This document shows positions 1 through 13,248 of a stretch of DNA of 64,000 bases, in pieces (the first letter of the stretch is position 1; each line of letters starts with the position of its first letter). Origin of the DNA: Octopus sinensis. Lineage: Eukaryota. The notes beneath the pieces were generated by a model. That model saw nothing but the letters and a program-made list of their open reading frames with translations. It ran no database searches and had not been told where the DNA came from. Position numbers and translations under genes: made by a program. Where the stretch lies: contig NC_042997.1 in NCBI RefSeq assembly GCF_006345805.1, positions 28,458,001 through 28,522,000 of the forward strand, read 5' to 3'.

Positions 1-1
<1 letters not shown>

Positions 2-64
<63 letters not shown>

Positions 65-66
65 AC

Positions 67-103
<37 letters not shown>

Positions 104-110
104 GATATAT
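2..110. repeat. (AT)n microsatellite (many further (AT)n tracts throughout the window)
   Basis: Direct dinucleotide run. Confidence 0.95.
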
Positions 111-1009
111 AGATATATATTATATATATACATACATGCATATATATATACACATACATAATGCATACATACATGCATACATACATACATACACATATAT
201 AGGGGAGTATCTTTATATTGCATGACCCGTTTCTCTGGGTTTTTTTCGTTGTTCGAAAAGAAGTTCGTTTTCTATATTTTTGTTTTGAAGTTTTCTTGTT
301 CATTGTGTTCAACGTATTTTTGATGTCTTCTACCCATATATGGATGTATATGTCTTTTTCATGTAGATACGTGCATATATGTATGTATATATGCATATAT
401 TTATATATTATTTGTATTATTATATGATCGAACGCTACGCATCGTTTCCCAAGTAAGTTTTATCTTAATAATTACGATGCGCACTCTTCTCTCTCTATTA
501 TCTTTTCTCTATCTATCTCTGTCCCTCTATTGTTTTTCATCCTTTCCTATTTTCCCTCCCACCCTTCCCTATTTTCTCCTCCCATCTTCGCCGTTCCCTC
601 TCTCTCACTGTTCCTCCTTGACTCTCTCATCGCTGACACGTGACAAAAGGGAATCTATCTTTCTGCCCATTTTCTTACGTTCTTAGACTTGTCTCCTCTC
701 ATAAGCTGATCCACCTACAGTTCATAATAATTTTTCTATCGTCTTGGTTTAACAGATCACACCTTTTGTTTTCACTGTCTTGTTCTCATTGTCCTGTTCC
801 TTTTACCACTTTCACCCTCCGCAAAAAATCCCAAATTTTATTTAATTTGCTTTGCAGGAAGGACTGTTTCAACGAAGTCGCGTGCCTTCGTGTTCAAATT
901 TTTTTTATGTACTTTACACATATCTACTTGTATATATACATATATATGTAGGTATGTACATATATGTATGTATATATTCATATATGTATATATATATATT
1001 ATATATTAT

Positions 1010-1056
<47 letters not shown>

Positions 1057-1152
1057 ACATATAATATAACTATAATATATAAGTAATATATATATTCCCT
1101 AATGTTATTATTATACACACACACACACACACACAACACACACACATATATA

Positions 1153-1192
<40 letters not shown>

Positions 1193-1289
1193 TCAGCTAT
1201 AATACTTATATGTCCCGAAATATATACAGACACGCAGATATTATATATGAGATTTATGTGCATGTGTGTGTGCTTCCTTATTTATTAAC

Positions 1290-1677
1290 ATATCGTATAC
1301 ATAAATTCATCAAATTTTATTAATCATTTAAGCTATTTCTTATATTGGTTCTGCTTCTGGTAGTCCATGTGTCATTGCCCCGAAACTGTTTAATTTAATG
1401 ATTGACTTATCAGGTACTTCACCAGTGTCAGACGACTTGGCGATGACCTCGGTGATTGAGTTATTATAAATTATTTCAGACATCGTATACATAAAATCAT
1501 CAAATTTTTATTAATCATTTAAGCTATTTCTTATGATATTGGTTCTGCTTTTAGGTGTTGCATGTGTCATTGCCTCGGAACCTTTTAATTTAATGATTGA
1601 CTTTATTAAGTACTTCGCCAGTGTCAGAAGACTTGGTGTTGACCTAGGTGGATTGTGATATCATTAATTATTTCAAG
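1290..1677. repeat. Diverged tandem duplication, 2 x ~190 bp
   Basis: ATCGTATACATAAA..TCATCAAATTTTATTAATCATTTAAGCTATTTCTTAT starts at 1292 and 1482; both copies continue through CCAGTGTCAGA..GACTTGG. Confidence 0.85.
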
Positions 1678-1954
1678 TATTTGTAATTGGAGGCATATGT
1701 GCTAATGAATTGTTATATCATTCAGTGCATTTTTACCCTCTTATAACCATCGAAATTAGGAGAATTACTATTTCTCATTACACTATATACGTAAAAGTAA
1801 GACTACTAGGAAATCATATGAGAGTACATAAAACATACCGAAAATAACTGTTAAAATTATTATAATAGGCTAGTTTATATTATACACCAAACTTCATTGA
1901 TAGTCTACCAAAAATGAAGTTCTAAAATATTGAAGCAAACCATATAATGCTTAA

Positions 1955-2065
1955 GGCCATCAATTTCGGTGATAGGAGCTAGTCAATTACATCGACTCCG
2001 GTACACATTTGAACTTATTTTATCATCCCCAATATAGGAAGGCACAGTCGGCTGAATTTTAATTG
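1955..2065 (-). mobile_element. CORE-type SINE 3' fragment
   Basis: Reverse complement resembles the GATAAAATAAGT..GGAGTCGATGTAATTGACTAG..GGCCTT tail of the SINEs at 42192-42361 and 53401-53593. Confidence 0.55.
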
Positions 2066-2962
2066 AAGCTATAGTAAAATCACAAACAACATACACAGGA
2101 TGTGGCAATAATTGTGAAAACAAATAAAGCCTATGTGTGAACGCTGACTGAACGTGGATCAGTTGGTCCTAAAGTGTGGGCGAAACATTGTGAGTAAAGC
2201 GTCGAATAAGCCGATGAGAGATCTTGACATACGTACGCTTTATGTATAAAGCGTCGAATGCGTTGCTGAACGCACTTGAATAGACTTATACTTTATATAT
2301 AATTTATAATAGAAGCGAAAAAACGGTCAGTTATTTTTCAGTACACATCACACTGGTTAATCGCTGCATTCGACCATCAATAACCAATTATAGCACTGGC
2401 AGATACACATCTACTGACAACATGCAAACTTGAAAACGTGCAATCCATCCAGTAAGTAGGCAGAAAATAAAATATGGTTGAGTTTTTGTAGAACGAACCA
2501 GCTTTTTCCTAGGCGCTCCCAGAGAAGAGGGTGGGAGAATATTCAGCAGGAATCGAAGACGATATATCTTAGAAGGCGACGAATCCCTTCTGAGCAAAAT
2601 TCACAGAAAACATGGGGGGAAATGAGCTTCCTTAAATAATAATGTCCCCGCGGAAAAAAAAACTGATAAAAAACTCGAACAGAAAACAAAGATAATTACT
2701 TCCAAGTCAGAGCAATCGATAATTGGTTTCTTAAATAAAGTACAATAACCACAAATGACTTGATATGGTATTCAATATGCAGTATATTAGAAAGACTAAA
2801 CCAAAAACCAAAAAATGCCTCCATTAAGACGGGATAGACAGGACAGAGGGACAATACATCTAATATGATCATAGTAGTTTCAGTTGCTTTATTGATGTTT
2901 AGATGCTTGTTACTAAATGTAGACTAAAAGTATATTCATTCGTACTTTAATTGATTTACATT

Positions 2963-3004
2963 TTAGGATTATATCTACCTATCTATCCATCTATCTATCT
3001 TTCT

Positions 3005-3099
<95 letters not shown>

Positions 3100-3136
3100 G
3101 TCTGTCTATCTATCTATCTAGCTATCTATCTGTCTG

Positions 3137-3189
<53 letters not shown>

Positions 3190-3300
3190 ATCTATCTATC
3201 TATCTCCCTGTCTATCTATCTATCTATTTATATATCCATTTATTTATCTATCTATCTGCCTTTCTTTCTATCGCTCGTCTTAACTGTCCATCTATCTATC
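2963..3300. repeat. (TATC)n tetranucleotide microsatellite
   Basis: Direct run with TGTC variants. Confidence 0.95.
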
Positions 3301-3321
3301 TATATACATATATATATGTCC

Positions 3322-3358
<37 letters not shown>

Positions 3359-3471
3359 TGCATATTAGTATGTATGTATACATGTTGGTATGTATGTATC
3401 CAACTATCTATCTATATACATATTTATTTGCATATATTTGTATTTATTATCTCCTTATTTCTCTCTCTCTC

Positions 3472-3569
<98 letters not shown>

Positions 3570-6500
3570 ATATTATATATATATATATATATTATATAAT
3601 TATATTCATCATGGTAATTGTCGTTATCATCATCAGTAGCTGCAGCAGCGGCTAATTATAGTTGAAGAAGCTTAATACGCTGTGTACATATATTCGGCTT
3701 ATTTCAGATGTTGTGAAACCTGACAATTGCAGCAATTGCGGGATTTTACCATTGTGCATGTTTTATGTTGTAGCACTATTAGTTCCTTTGCTATGTTTGG
3801 TGTATCGTTCGTGCAGAACCTGTTGCTATATACGTTTATCTGCATATTGCTAGGCCGCACATATTCACTGTATATGATACGTACGCAACCACATACACAC
3901 ACACCCTGACACACACACATACACGCACGTACAATCACAACCAAGCACACACACACACACAAGACACGTACACAAACATACATACAAGCACTCACTCACG
4001 CACACGAGAGCCTAAGTCCAAGCACATAGACATACACACGAAAATATATGTATAATCTTTGTAGTGATGTACAGATTTTATGTCAATAAATGAAGGTAGT
4101 CAGGAAGCAGATAAATATCACTTATTGAGCTCGTTTATTCGTTTCAGGAATTCTTTACGAATCATGGGCTGTTGAATATTTATCCTTTTTATATACCGTT
4201 GATTTGGTTTATAAAACGAAATTTCTTGGCGTGTTTATCTGAGATGTTCTTTATCATTTTGAGTCAATATATGAGCATATGTATGGTCATAGAAAGAAGC
4301 ATCAAATATACAAATATAGAAGACTAATGAACTAAAAAGGTATTCTGTGGATATGCTTGATTGGATGACAGGTCAGAAGAGTGAAACTTTTATCAATTGC
4401 AACAAACTTTTGCATTAGTCCTTGAATGGCTGCCAAGTTCTTTGATTAGTTTTGTGCTTGTGTGTGTGTGTGTGTGTGTGTTTGTGTCTGTGTGTGTGTA
4501 TGAAAGTGTGTGTAAGAGCGAGAGTGTTTGCGGTTGTGTGTTGACTGTTTAAGAGATACATTTCTGACGTAAACATTCCGACAGTTATGGACATGTGTGC
4601 TTGTGAATGTGCTTATCTATTTATTCCTTCGTTTCATTCATAATGCAATGTATATCTAAAACCTCCTTCTGCATGTATTGCTTACTTTTTCTTATATGAA
4701 TATTAACTGTATAAGAAGGAGATAAGAAGATGAATAGGAAGGTAGTTTTCATTGGTAAGGTGGTTTAGCAGACAAAATATCGATGAACTCAGTTTTTCTG
4801 ATTTCATTAAGGTAGGTTGTCTTCACCCTGGCCAATATGTGGCGAAATAATCCTTTTAAAGAATTCAGTAATTTAAACTGTTGTGGTCTTTATGTCTAAA
4901 TCGCAAAATGCTGTTTCGAATTCTTATTAAATTTTTTATGTAGTATAATTTTAATAACATGTATTTCTAGATGAAGTCTTTCCGTGGTTTGTTAACAGAA
5001 TGCAAATGATCTCATGAATATATCTTACGGATTTATGCGTGATCTTGAACTTATTTCAGCGCTGCTGAACAATGTATAGATTGAATGAAGCATAACATTT
5101 TCAGAAACAGTACCCCAATAGAAATTCCCAAATCAATCGGAAGATTCGTTTTCAATGGATCGATAGACTTTTAGAATATTTAAGCTCAATACAAATCCAA
5201 TTGAGTTGATTAAAATATATAGTGCAATGTAGCAGTCACTCAAACTACTACAACTAATATTTTATTCCATCCTAACAAAACCACATTGGAATTACACCTT
5301 CAAAAACTAAAGGTGAAAATACAAAATTTATTCAACAGACGGGAAATTTGCTTGTCATTACATATATAAAAATATGTGATTTCTCTTCAATTTCTTTCAA
5401 GAATATTTCCACGTACTGTTTCGCTACTGTTTGGTTTATTTCTTTCATTTTCTTTGGGAAAATCTTAAATAAAGCTGGATAAGATCACATAAAATCTTGT
5501 GACGCAATTTCGCTGTGCATGGCCCTACATTCGGGTAACTTGTGAACTGATACAGGCAGAATCAGAGGAATTTTGACCCAGTAATTACCACCTTGAAGAA
5601 ATATTGTAGCGCTCACGACAGCCCTATGGAAAATTATGTTTCATAGTTTTGATGCATTTCAAGCGTGAGATATCAGGCAGTAGTAGTATTAAAGCGAGAC
5701 ATCCCAGCACACATAAAGTGGGCTTACGTAACGTTGTCTTGATCTCTAGATTAGAAAATAATAAAAATTTCTACAAGTATATTCTATCGTCATATCGACA
5801 TTACTATCAGTGTGTGTATTTCCGTCTAGGCTGTTGTTCACACTAAGACAGTAATTCAAGAATCTGTCTTAAGGAAATGGAATTTGTCTCAGTATATCCA
5901 CTTTAAAAATAGGTTGACGAAATTTCCCCCTTAAACTGTTTTATTCGCGAATGGAAATACATATGCGGGTGTGTGTGTGTGAGAGCGTGTGAGTGTGCAT
6001 GTGTATGTGTACGTATGTGCGCAAGTTTATGTGCTTGTGAGTGACACGTACACTGCGTAAATTATTCTATTTATTCTCCAGATAGAGAATTTCGCTATGA
6101 TCTGATATATTGAATTTACATGATTAAGATCTTAAGTTGACTTTCAAGTCTTTCTCAATTATATCCCTTTAGGCTGTTTCCCAAATCTATATTTTCGTTT
6201 CTCTGTTATCAATTTTACTCACTTTACTAATAAACTATTTATTATTGTTGCTAATATTTCTACAAATACCATCATATTCCATGACTAACGTTGGTATCGA
6301 TAAAGTACCGGACAAGAATTCTAGATTATTTTCCGGCTTTTTTGCTTAATTCTGAAGAGGGTCGGGTTCTTTTTTAATATTCTGATTTGTGAAAACAATC
6401 GAGTTTATTTCAGATATTCTCAGTTTAAAAATCATCTCTGGTCTATCGTTGAGAGGACGTTAGTGTTGCCTTGTCTCTTTTGCTATTTCCCGTTCTTATA

Positions 6501-6864
6501 TGCGCAGTTGTGACTAAAATCTCAAATCTGATATACTAAAGACTAATGTTGAAGTTTTCTTCGATAGTTAAATTGCAATCCATTCCCATTGAAAGTAAAG
6601 AATAGATCAGATTTTAGTACGTTAATTCGTGATATTTTCGTTTTAACTGTATAACATCTTCCTATTGATTTGCGATAAATCATGCAATATATGTAAATGC
6701 TTGCACATGTGAATATATATATATATATATATAGGTTATGAGAGGTAACGTTGTCAAGAATGCTGAGTAAGTGCTATGGACAGAATATATCAAAGCTCCA
6801 GGTTCAGTGATCATGCGAGTGAGGTGCCCAACGTTGCTCATATATCAGCATGCGTATATAAAAA

Positions 6865-7460
6865 AATTAGCAGAGTGAGATAAAAATCCAAGGCTGTGAA
6901 AGATTTCAGAACATTTATAAAGCTCTTTCCGGAATATTTTATATATTCCTTCATCGGAGACGATGGGAGGAGATGGTTAAACAATAGTTATTCTAGAGAA
7001 GATATGAAATAGAGAGTGAAGTGGCAGAATGAAAACAGACGTGAGATATGCATGGATATTGTATCTGCAGTTCAATTGTTTAAGCATGAAGGGATATATA
7101 AAATATTTAGGAAACAGCTGTAAGACCGTCTTTTTATATATATTCTGAAATTTTTCACAACCTTAGATTTTAACTCATTCTGTTAATATATATATATATG
7201 TATATAAGATTTTTTCGCGTAATGAGATAAAAAAAAACAAGGCTGCGTAGATAGAACATTTTTAGTTAGAAGGTTTTACAGCTGTTTCGAGGTTATTTAT
7301 TAATTATAACCCTTCATCGGAGACAGTGTGAGAGGATGGTTAAGAAATAGTTAATTTAGATAGGATATAAAACAGAGAGTGAGGTGAAGGAAAGAAAACT
7401 GATTTGAGATATGTAGTGATACTGAAGTTGTAGATCCATTTTTTAGGCAGAATGGTATAT
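6865..7460. mobile_element. PLE-type terminal-repeat remnants with three hammerhead-like motifs (minus 6915-6961, plus 7083-7126, minus 7273-7324)
   Basis: 6865-6955 and 7085-7185 are inverted copies; 7215-7460 is a diverged direct copy of 6865-7080. The shared motif is GTCT-CCGATGA-A-stem II-GAAAC-AGCT-GTA-A(G/A)AC. Confidence 0.65.
7273..7324 (-). ncRNA. Minimal type-I hammerhead ribozyme, CCGAUGA variant core
   Basis: Minus strand reads GTCT CCGATGA AGGGTTAT aattaataa ATAACCTC GAAAC AGCT GTA AAAC, with palindromic loop III AGCU and a GUA triplet. Confidence 0.6.
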
Positions 7461-7862
7461 ATGTCAGATTCCAATACCTTATGAATAAAATCCAACGGAA
7501 TATACAATACAACAGAATTTACAAGATTATTTACGTATATTTATTAATTTATCTAATTATTTATTTTATTAATTAAATATTTTATTATTGTTGTTATCTT
7601 TAACCTTAAGAGTAGCAAGAGTGGCTATATCTATATTGAAATGATTTTACTAATACTACTATTATTTTTACTATTATCATTTTTTAAATATAGCCACGAA
7701 ACACGTGTTGTTATTCTACCAAATATATACGTTTTATTTATTATTTTGAACATTTCTTAATCATTGTTATATGTTTTAACTTATATTTTATATTTCTATA
7801 ATATGTAATTTTTCTAAATGGTGTAACTTAATTTTTCATTATAGAATTGATAAAAGGTGTTT

Positions 7863-7934
<72 letters not shown>

Positions 7935-8008
7935 ATGAAGTTTTTTTCTCTACAGAAAAAGAATTCATCAAGAAATGTGGCAGCATATTAAAATACCTTT
8001 ATAGTAAG

Positions 8009-8062
<54 letters not shown>

Positions 8063-8153
8063 AAATATTATTAGAGACAAAACCACTATTTTGCAAAACA
8101 AACAAGGAAAGACTTAATCAAACATAAAATTTTAATAATAGTCAAAAAAACCG

Positions 8154-8196
8154 CCACTACAATCGTTTCTTGTCTTGATCGACAATCTTCAGGTGG
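8154..8196 (-). ncRNA. Minimal type-I hammerhead ribozyme
   Basis: Exact reverse complement of the motif at 8235-8277. Confidence 0.85.
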
Positions 8197-8234
8197 ACTT
8201 CCAATAAGTCAGTTTCAAATTTGAAACTGGAAGT

Positions 8235-8277
8235 CCACCTGAAGATTGTCGATCAAGACAAGAAACGATTGTAGTGG
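8235..8277 (+). ncRNA. Minimal type-I hammerhead ribozyme
   Basis: CCAC CTGAAGA TTGTC gatcaa GACAA GAAAC GATT GTA GTGG: stem I CCAC/GTGG, canonical CUGANGA and GAAA, 5-bp stem II, 2-bp stem III, GUA cleavage triplet. Confidence 0.87.
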
Positions 8278-8508
8278 CGGTTTTTTTGACTATTTATTAA
8301 AATGTTATGTATTGATTAAGTCTTTCCTTGTTTGTTTTGCAAAATAGTGGTTTTGTCCCTAATAATTTTATAATATTTTACTATAAATTGGATTTAATCC
8401 TAAATCTGATTTTTTTTCCCTGTAAATTTGGATTTATTCCCTAATATTTTTATATATATATATATATATTATATTATATATATATATATATATAATATAT
8501 ATATATAT

Positions 8509-8539
<31 letters not shown>

Positions 8540-9601
8540 CATGTATATTTATGTATATTGCTGTTCGGCAATAGGTTATTATTATAAGTATATGATATCA
8601 GTCTAATCCTACTTTCTTTATATATCATTGTAATACAATATTGATTTTGTCAGTGAACAAGGCACTACTTTGTTTTTATATAGTCTTACAGTTAGGAAAA
8701 CATCATTATTAAGAAATATTGCACATTATACATATTATTTCCATTAATTGAATCTCTCGAAACCAAAAACGTTAAATGTTGAAAGCTGTAATGCATTTAT
8801 TGATTTATGGAAGTGGATATATGGATATACATATCTGATGTACCTCATTCTTCTTATCTTTATTCTATTTCAGCTGAAGCCGGACTGAGTATAATTTTGA
8901 TGAAATGCGTCCACACATTCGTGTCTTTTGTGTAATGATATTAATGTTGAATTAAAACGTTATGACTTTTACATTGAAACTAACAGATGTCAACTCTGTT
9001 TCGTTTTCCATTAGTGGAGTGATCTTTGAAACAGTATTTTGTTGAGTACCTAAAGTGAATAAAGATGTCTATATTATAATTAATGACATTGATGTAGCTT
9101 AAGAATTAGATAACAATTATTTCGAGCAATATACATTTGATAGATTGAACAAATGGAAACATACTGTATGTATACAGGATTTGAATATACTGAAATAATA
9201 AGGCAATTATGTAGAGGACCTGTGTTTCGAAACCATAGAGGGCGTAATAATGTTTTAGATACCTGCAAGTAACTCTTTTCCTATCTGTCGGCATAAACAA
9301 TGTATTTTGAGATATGTCAGAAACATGGTTTCGTTTTAGAATATACATATATTTATTTAAAACATACTGAGGATAAATATATATATATATCTAGATACAT
9401 CTATAGTGAATACAAATAGGGCATTGTCAAGCATAGAGATATAAAACTTCAATCGGCAAAGTTCAGCATCGCAGTTAGATATGCAAATTCATGTTCGTGG
9501 TTTTCAAACAATTAAAAAGCACAAACAATGGAGTAATAGTGTAAATCAATATATTAAAACTTTGTTAACGATAGGCATTACAGAAGAAAGTGAATCAGGT
9601 C

Positions 9602-9719
9602 ACCGATAAAAATTATGAAGTACCAGCTACTCAGTGGCGTCGATGTAATCGATTTAAACCATTTGTCTGTCCTTGATTGTCCCCTCTATGCTTAGCCCCT
9701 TGTGGGTAATAAAGAAATA
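9602..9719 (+). mobile_element. CORE-type SINE 3' half
   Basis: AGTACCAG..GTCGATGTAATCGATTTAAACCATTTGTCTGTCCTTG..GCCCCTTGTGGGTAATAAAGAAATA matches the tail of the SINE at 31568-31778. Confidence 0.8.
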
Positions 9720-10198
9720 TAAAAACAACTAAGAACGAAGCAGATGTTTTAGTCATATTATAAAACCCGATAAAATAGATTCAATTAAATACGTTAGAAC
9801 AACCCGCAGAGAAGGCAAAAGCGATAAGGTGGCAAAAAGAGTGAAAAAGAAAGAGTACGAGAGGTAGGCGTGAAAAAGAATGTTGAATATCATTGTTCTG
9901 AGATCGAAATATCCAAGTAGATGTAAATTTTGCGAGCCATTATCATCAAAATACTAGAGATATTATCTCTGTAAAACAGGCCAAACAGAGAAGGAAAGAT
10001 AATAATTAAGAAACCATATCCTTTCATCAGACGTTGGTCGTAATCTAAGGGCGTGTGGACAACTTAACAGAAGAATATGTTACTCAATCTAGAGCGGTTG
10101 GGATGGTGTCTAAGAGGGGACCATAGCAAATTTCCAATAGTAAATATAAAGACATATATAGACACTTCGTGTATATGTATATATATATATATGATATA

Positions 10199-10409
10199 CG
10201 GGTTGGCTCAAAATTAGGTTTGCAGTTATTCAACTATCTGATTCGCATTAAATATATTAGCAAATAGGTTTTCATTATAAAACAAATATTTAAACATTCA
10301 TTATTCTATGGTAATTTAGTTAATTGTAAGACAGATGTAAGACATTTTTTTAAAAAAGAAATTTTAAGTGCCTACGTGATAACGATAAACCTACATTTGG
10401 GCAACCCTG
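10199..10409. mobile_element. Tc1/mariner-type MITE, copy 1
   Basis: TA|CGGGTTGGCTCAAAATTAGGTTTGCAGTT ... AACGATAAACCTACATTTGGGCAACCCTG|TA gives imperfect TIRs with TA flanks. Confidence 0.75.
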
Positions 10410-10535
10410 TATAATTATGTATATATGCATATATATATATATATATATACACACACATATATATATATATGCATATATATGCATATATATACATATCTAT
10501 GCATGCATATATATATATATATACATATGTGTGCT

Positions 10536-10582
<47 letters not shown>

Positions 10583-10909
10583 ATGTATATATATATATAC
10601 AATGACCTCGAACCCACAAGTGTGAACAAGAGAGACAGAGCAAGGCAGAAACAAGGAGCATACCACTTATATTGAACACTATACAAATATTCCTTAAAAA
10701 AAACATTTCTTTTAGTTTTTCTAAATTTAATTATTTAATCGTTAAAGTTGAAAGGTCTCAAAATGACTGAAACCGGTACTGAAATGTTCTTTATAAAATT
10801 ATTTTAGCATTTTCTATTTATTCATATATTTATATATATATATATATATATATATGTGAATTGAAGAAATGGAGCTGAACGCAGATTGAACAGAAATCGT
10901 TTTATTTCA

Positions 10910-10989
10910 TTCTACACGTGTTTCGAAAGGCACAAATTACCAAAATCCGATTGAATAATGGGACCATATTGTGTCTTTCTCTTCAGGAA
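10910..10989 (-). ncRNA. Type-I hammerhead ribozyme with ACGU loop III
   Basis: Minus strand reads TTC CTGAAGA GAAAGACACAA (loop) TTGTGCCTTTC GAAAC ACGT GTA GAA: canonical core, 10 of 11 bp in stem II, palindromic loop III. Confidence 0.82.
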
Positions 10990-11183
10990 GAAAAAAGGAA
11001 ATCCGTTGGAAAAACAAAAACAGAACAGAGGCGGAGCAAAAAACAAATCGAACTGTGCTCCTAAGAGCCCATGGCGAAACCATGGGCTCTCTCTGTTTAC
11101 TGCTGTGATTTTTGCTACTAAGGTATCGGTTAAACTTTTGATTAATCTACTACAAGATTATTCATCTTTCTATTTCACATAAT

Positions 11184-11217
<34 letters not shown>

Positions 11218-11220
11218 ATC

Positions 11221-11253
<33 letters not shown>

Positions 11254-11261
11254 CACACACA

Positions 11262-11471
11262 CAGTGTGACCCCAAATTAGGTTTGCAGTTATTCAACTAT
11301 TTGTTTTGCATTCATATATTAGCAGTTAGGTCTTCATTATGAAAGAAATATTAAACTATTTTTCAATGGTAATTTAGTCAATTGTGAGATAGAAATTTGA
11401 ATGTAATAACATTTTTAAAAGAAGTTTAAACTGCCTACGTGATAACTACAATCTACTTCTGTGCGACCCTG
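11262..11471. mobile_element. Tc1/mariner-type MITE, copy 2
   Basis: Colinear, diverged homologue of 10199-10409 ending GCGACCCTG|TA. Confidence 0.75.
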
Positions 11472-11489
11472 TATATTAATATATATGCC

Positions 11490-11540
<51 letters not shown>

Positions 11541-11886
11541 TATATATGTATGTATGTATATATATATATATATATGCATATATATGCATATATACATATA
11601 TACACACATATATATATATATATATATATAATATATATATATATATTATATATATATGCACCTATGTATATATATAATCAACATAAGCAATAAGACAAGA
11701 AGTATTAATGCAGTACGACCGTTTCAAGCGGCTACATTTAACCGATCAATGAAATCGTTACGCTTGTTTAATTGGAGTGCTATCAGCAGCTGCACAATAT
11801 ATAGACATTTTTAACAAGTAGGAGACATAAAAATAATTTTTCTTAAATATTACTAAGAAGATCGTCTTAATGCAACATATCAGCTA

Positions 11887-12367
11887 CTGAAAAAGACTGA
11901 AACTATTAAAAAATACTCTTCTCCCTGGAGCGAAGGTGGGAGAGATATGCAGTGATATACATCCGGAAAATCCTGGAGGGTCTTCTCCCAAACTTTGGTA
12001 TTCAAAGTTACCCCAACCGCAGAACGGGGTGCCACTGCATGGTGCCAAAGATTCCAACATCACCATCAAAATACAGGACTAGATACAGCAACAGCTTGGA
12101 TTTCAGAGGACCACAGCTCTTCAAGATCATCCCTAAATACCTGAGAGACTTGCATGATGTGGATGTGGGTTTTTTTAAAAACTAAACTGGGTCTCTTCTT
12201 GTCAGAGGTCCCAGATGAACCTACTTCTCGGCAGGAGACACAGATGCGGCAGCGGCATCGAACTCCCTTGTTGATCAAGTGCCACGTATCGGAGGTGGTT
12301 TCACATACTAGTGTAGCTCATTCAACGGTGGTGCCCCAGCATGGCCTCAGACTTCGGGCTGAAACAT
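11887..12367 (+). mobile_element. 3' end of a CR1/L2-group LINE (ORF2 C-terminus plus 3' UTR)
   Basis: Translates (with frameshifts) SLERRWERYAVIYIRKILEGLLPNFGI...HCMVPKIP...RTRYSNSLDFRGPQLFKIIPKYLRDLHDVDVGFF / KTKLGLFLSEVPDEPTSRQE, typical post-RT C-terminus. Homologous to 33885-34266. Confidence 0.8.
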
Positions 12368-12721
12368 TTTTCAGGATTTTAAGGATTGTAACAGAGTAAT
12401 GAGATGGAAGAAATTCATGTTGTCGCTAATGTAGCAAAGTTGCTAAGAATAGACTACAATTTCTTAGAATCGCATAGAATAGAGTGGGGTCATAGGGTTG
12501 TAAGGTTTGTAAATCATTTCTAATCTATTTATCTCTTTATCATCTATTAAATCTGAGACCAGAAGTCTAGGTCTATTTTGATTAAAGAACAAGAATCAGT
12601 TTAATAACCATTCTTGTGCTTATTTTGTTTTTATTCTCCTTACTTTGAGGTGTGCTAATAATACCGGACTGACTTGGTGCTTCAACTGTAAGTAACTAAA
12701 TCAATTAAATCTAATTTTTTT

Positions 12722-12765
<44 letters not shown>

Positions 12766-12766
12766 T

Positions 12767-13248
12767 GGCTTATTAACAATTTGAACCTGAAGGCAAAATT
12801 AATATAGGTCACAAAAGCGACGGAGGTTACTGAACAGCACCAGCTATTGCTAGAAAGATGTGTTAAAATAATTCAAAAGTCGTAAAGCACTGTTCCCCCT
12901 ATCGCTGTTGTGACGTTTGTTTATTTTACCTTTAGTTTTAAATTGCTAATAAGCCACCCATTTAATTTATTGCTCGCTCTTTACCGCTATGAATATCAGC
13001 ACAGATTTGCAACGGTTTTTCTTATAAGATTGACAAATGTTAAGTTTAACCCTAGGCATTAAGAATGCTGACATGGATTAAGACGCGAACATAAAACTCT
13101 GAATTCGTTCGTTCCGGCTATATACATTGGAGACTCGTTTCCCTTTGTCAGTCATTAAGCACAGTGCTTTGTGGCTTTTGAGTTATTTTAACACATCTTT
13201 CTAGCAATAGCTGGTGCTGGTCATTACCTTCCGTCACTTTTATGACCT
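12767..13248. mobile_element. MITE-like element with ~38-bp TIRs (12767-12955) plus an inverted copy of its interior (13161-13248)
   Basis: GGCTTATTAACAATTTGAACCTGAAGG pairs with CCTTTAGTTTTAAATTGCTAATAAGCC; 12806-12893 is the reverse complement of 13161-13248. Confidence 0.6.

Larger units (their letters stand above)
8063..8368. mobile_element. Fold-back element with ~140-bp inverted arms, a hammerhead in each arm (PLE-derived, inferred)
   Basis: 8063-8203 is the reverse complement of 8228-8368 with ~5 differences by eye. The centre holds the perfect palindrome CAGTTTCAAATTTGAAACTG. Confidence 0.85.

Noticed and set aside
5440-5625. Possible minus-strand exon after TTTTCCATAG
   Set aside because: All frames stop early and no protein similarity was recognised.
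10000-10035. CTGATGAAAGGATAT on the minus strand, hammerhead 5' half
   Set aside because: No downstream GAAAC and cleavage triplet; at most a decayed remnant.
10745-10782. GACTGAAACCGGTACTGAAA, hammerhead 3' half with ACCGGT palindrome
   Set aside because: The CUGANGA half is missing.
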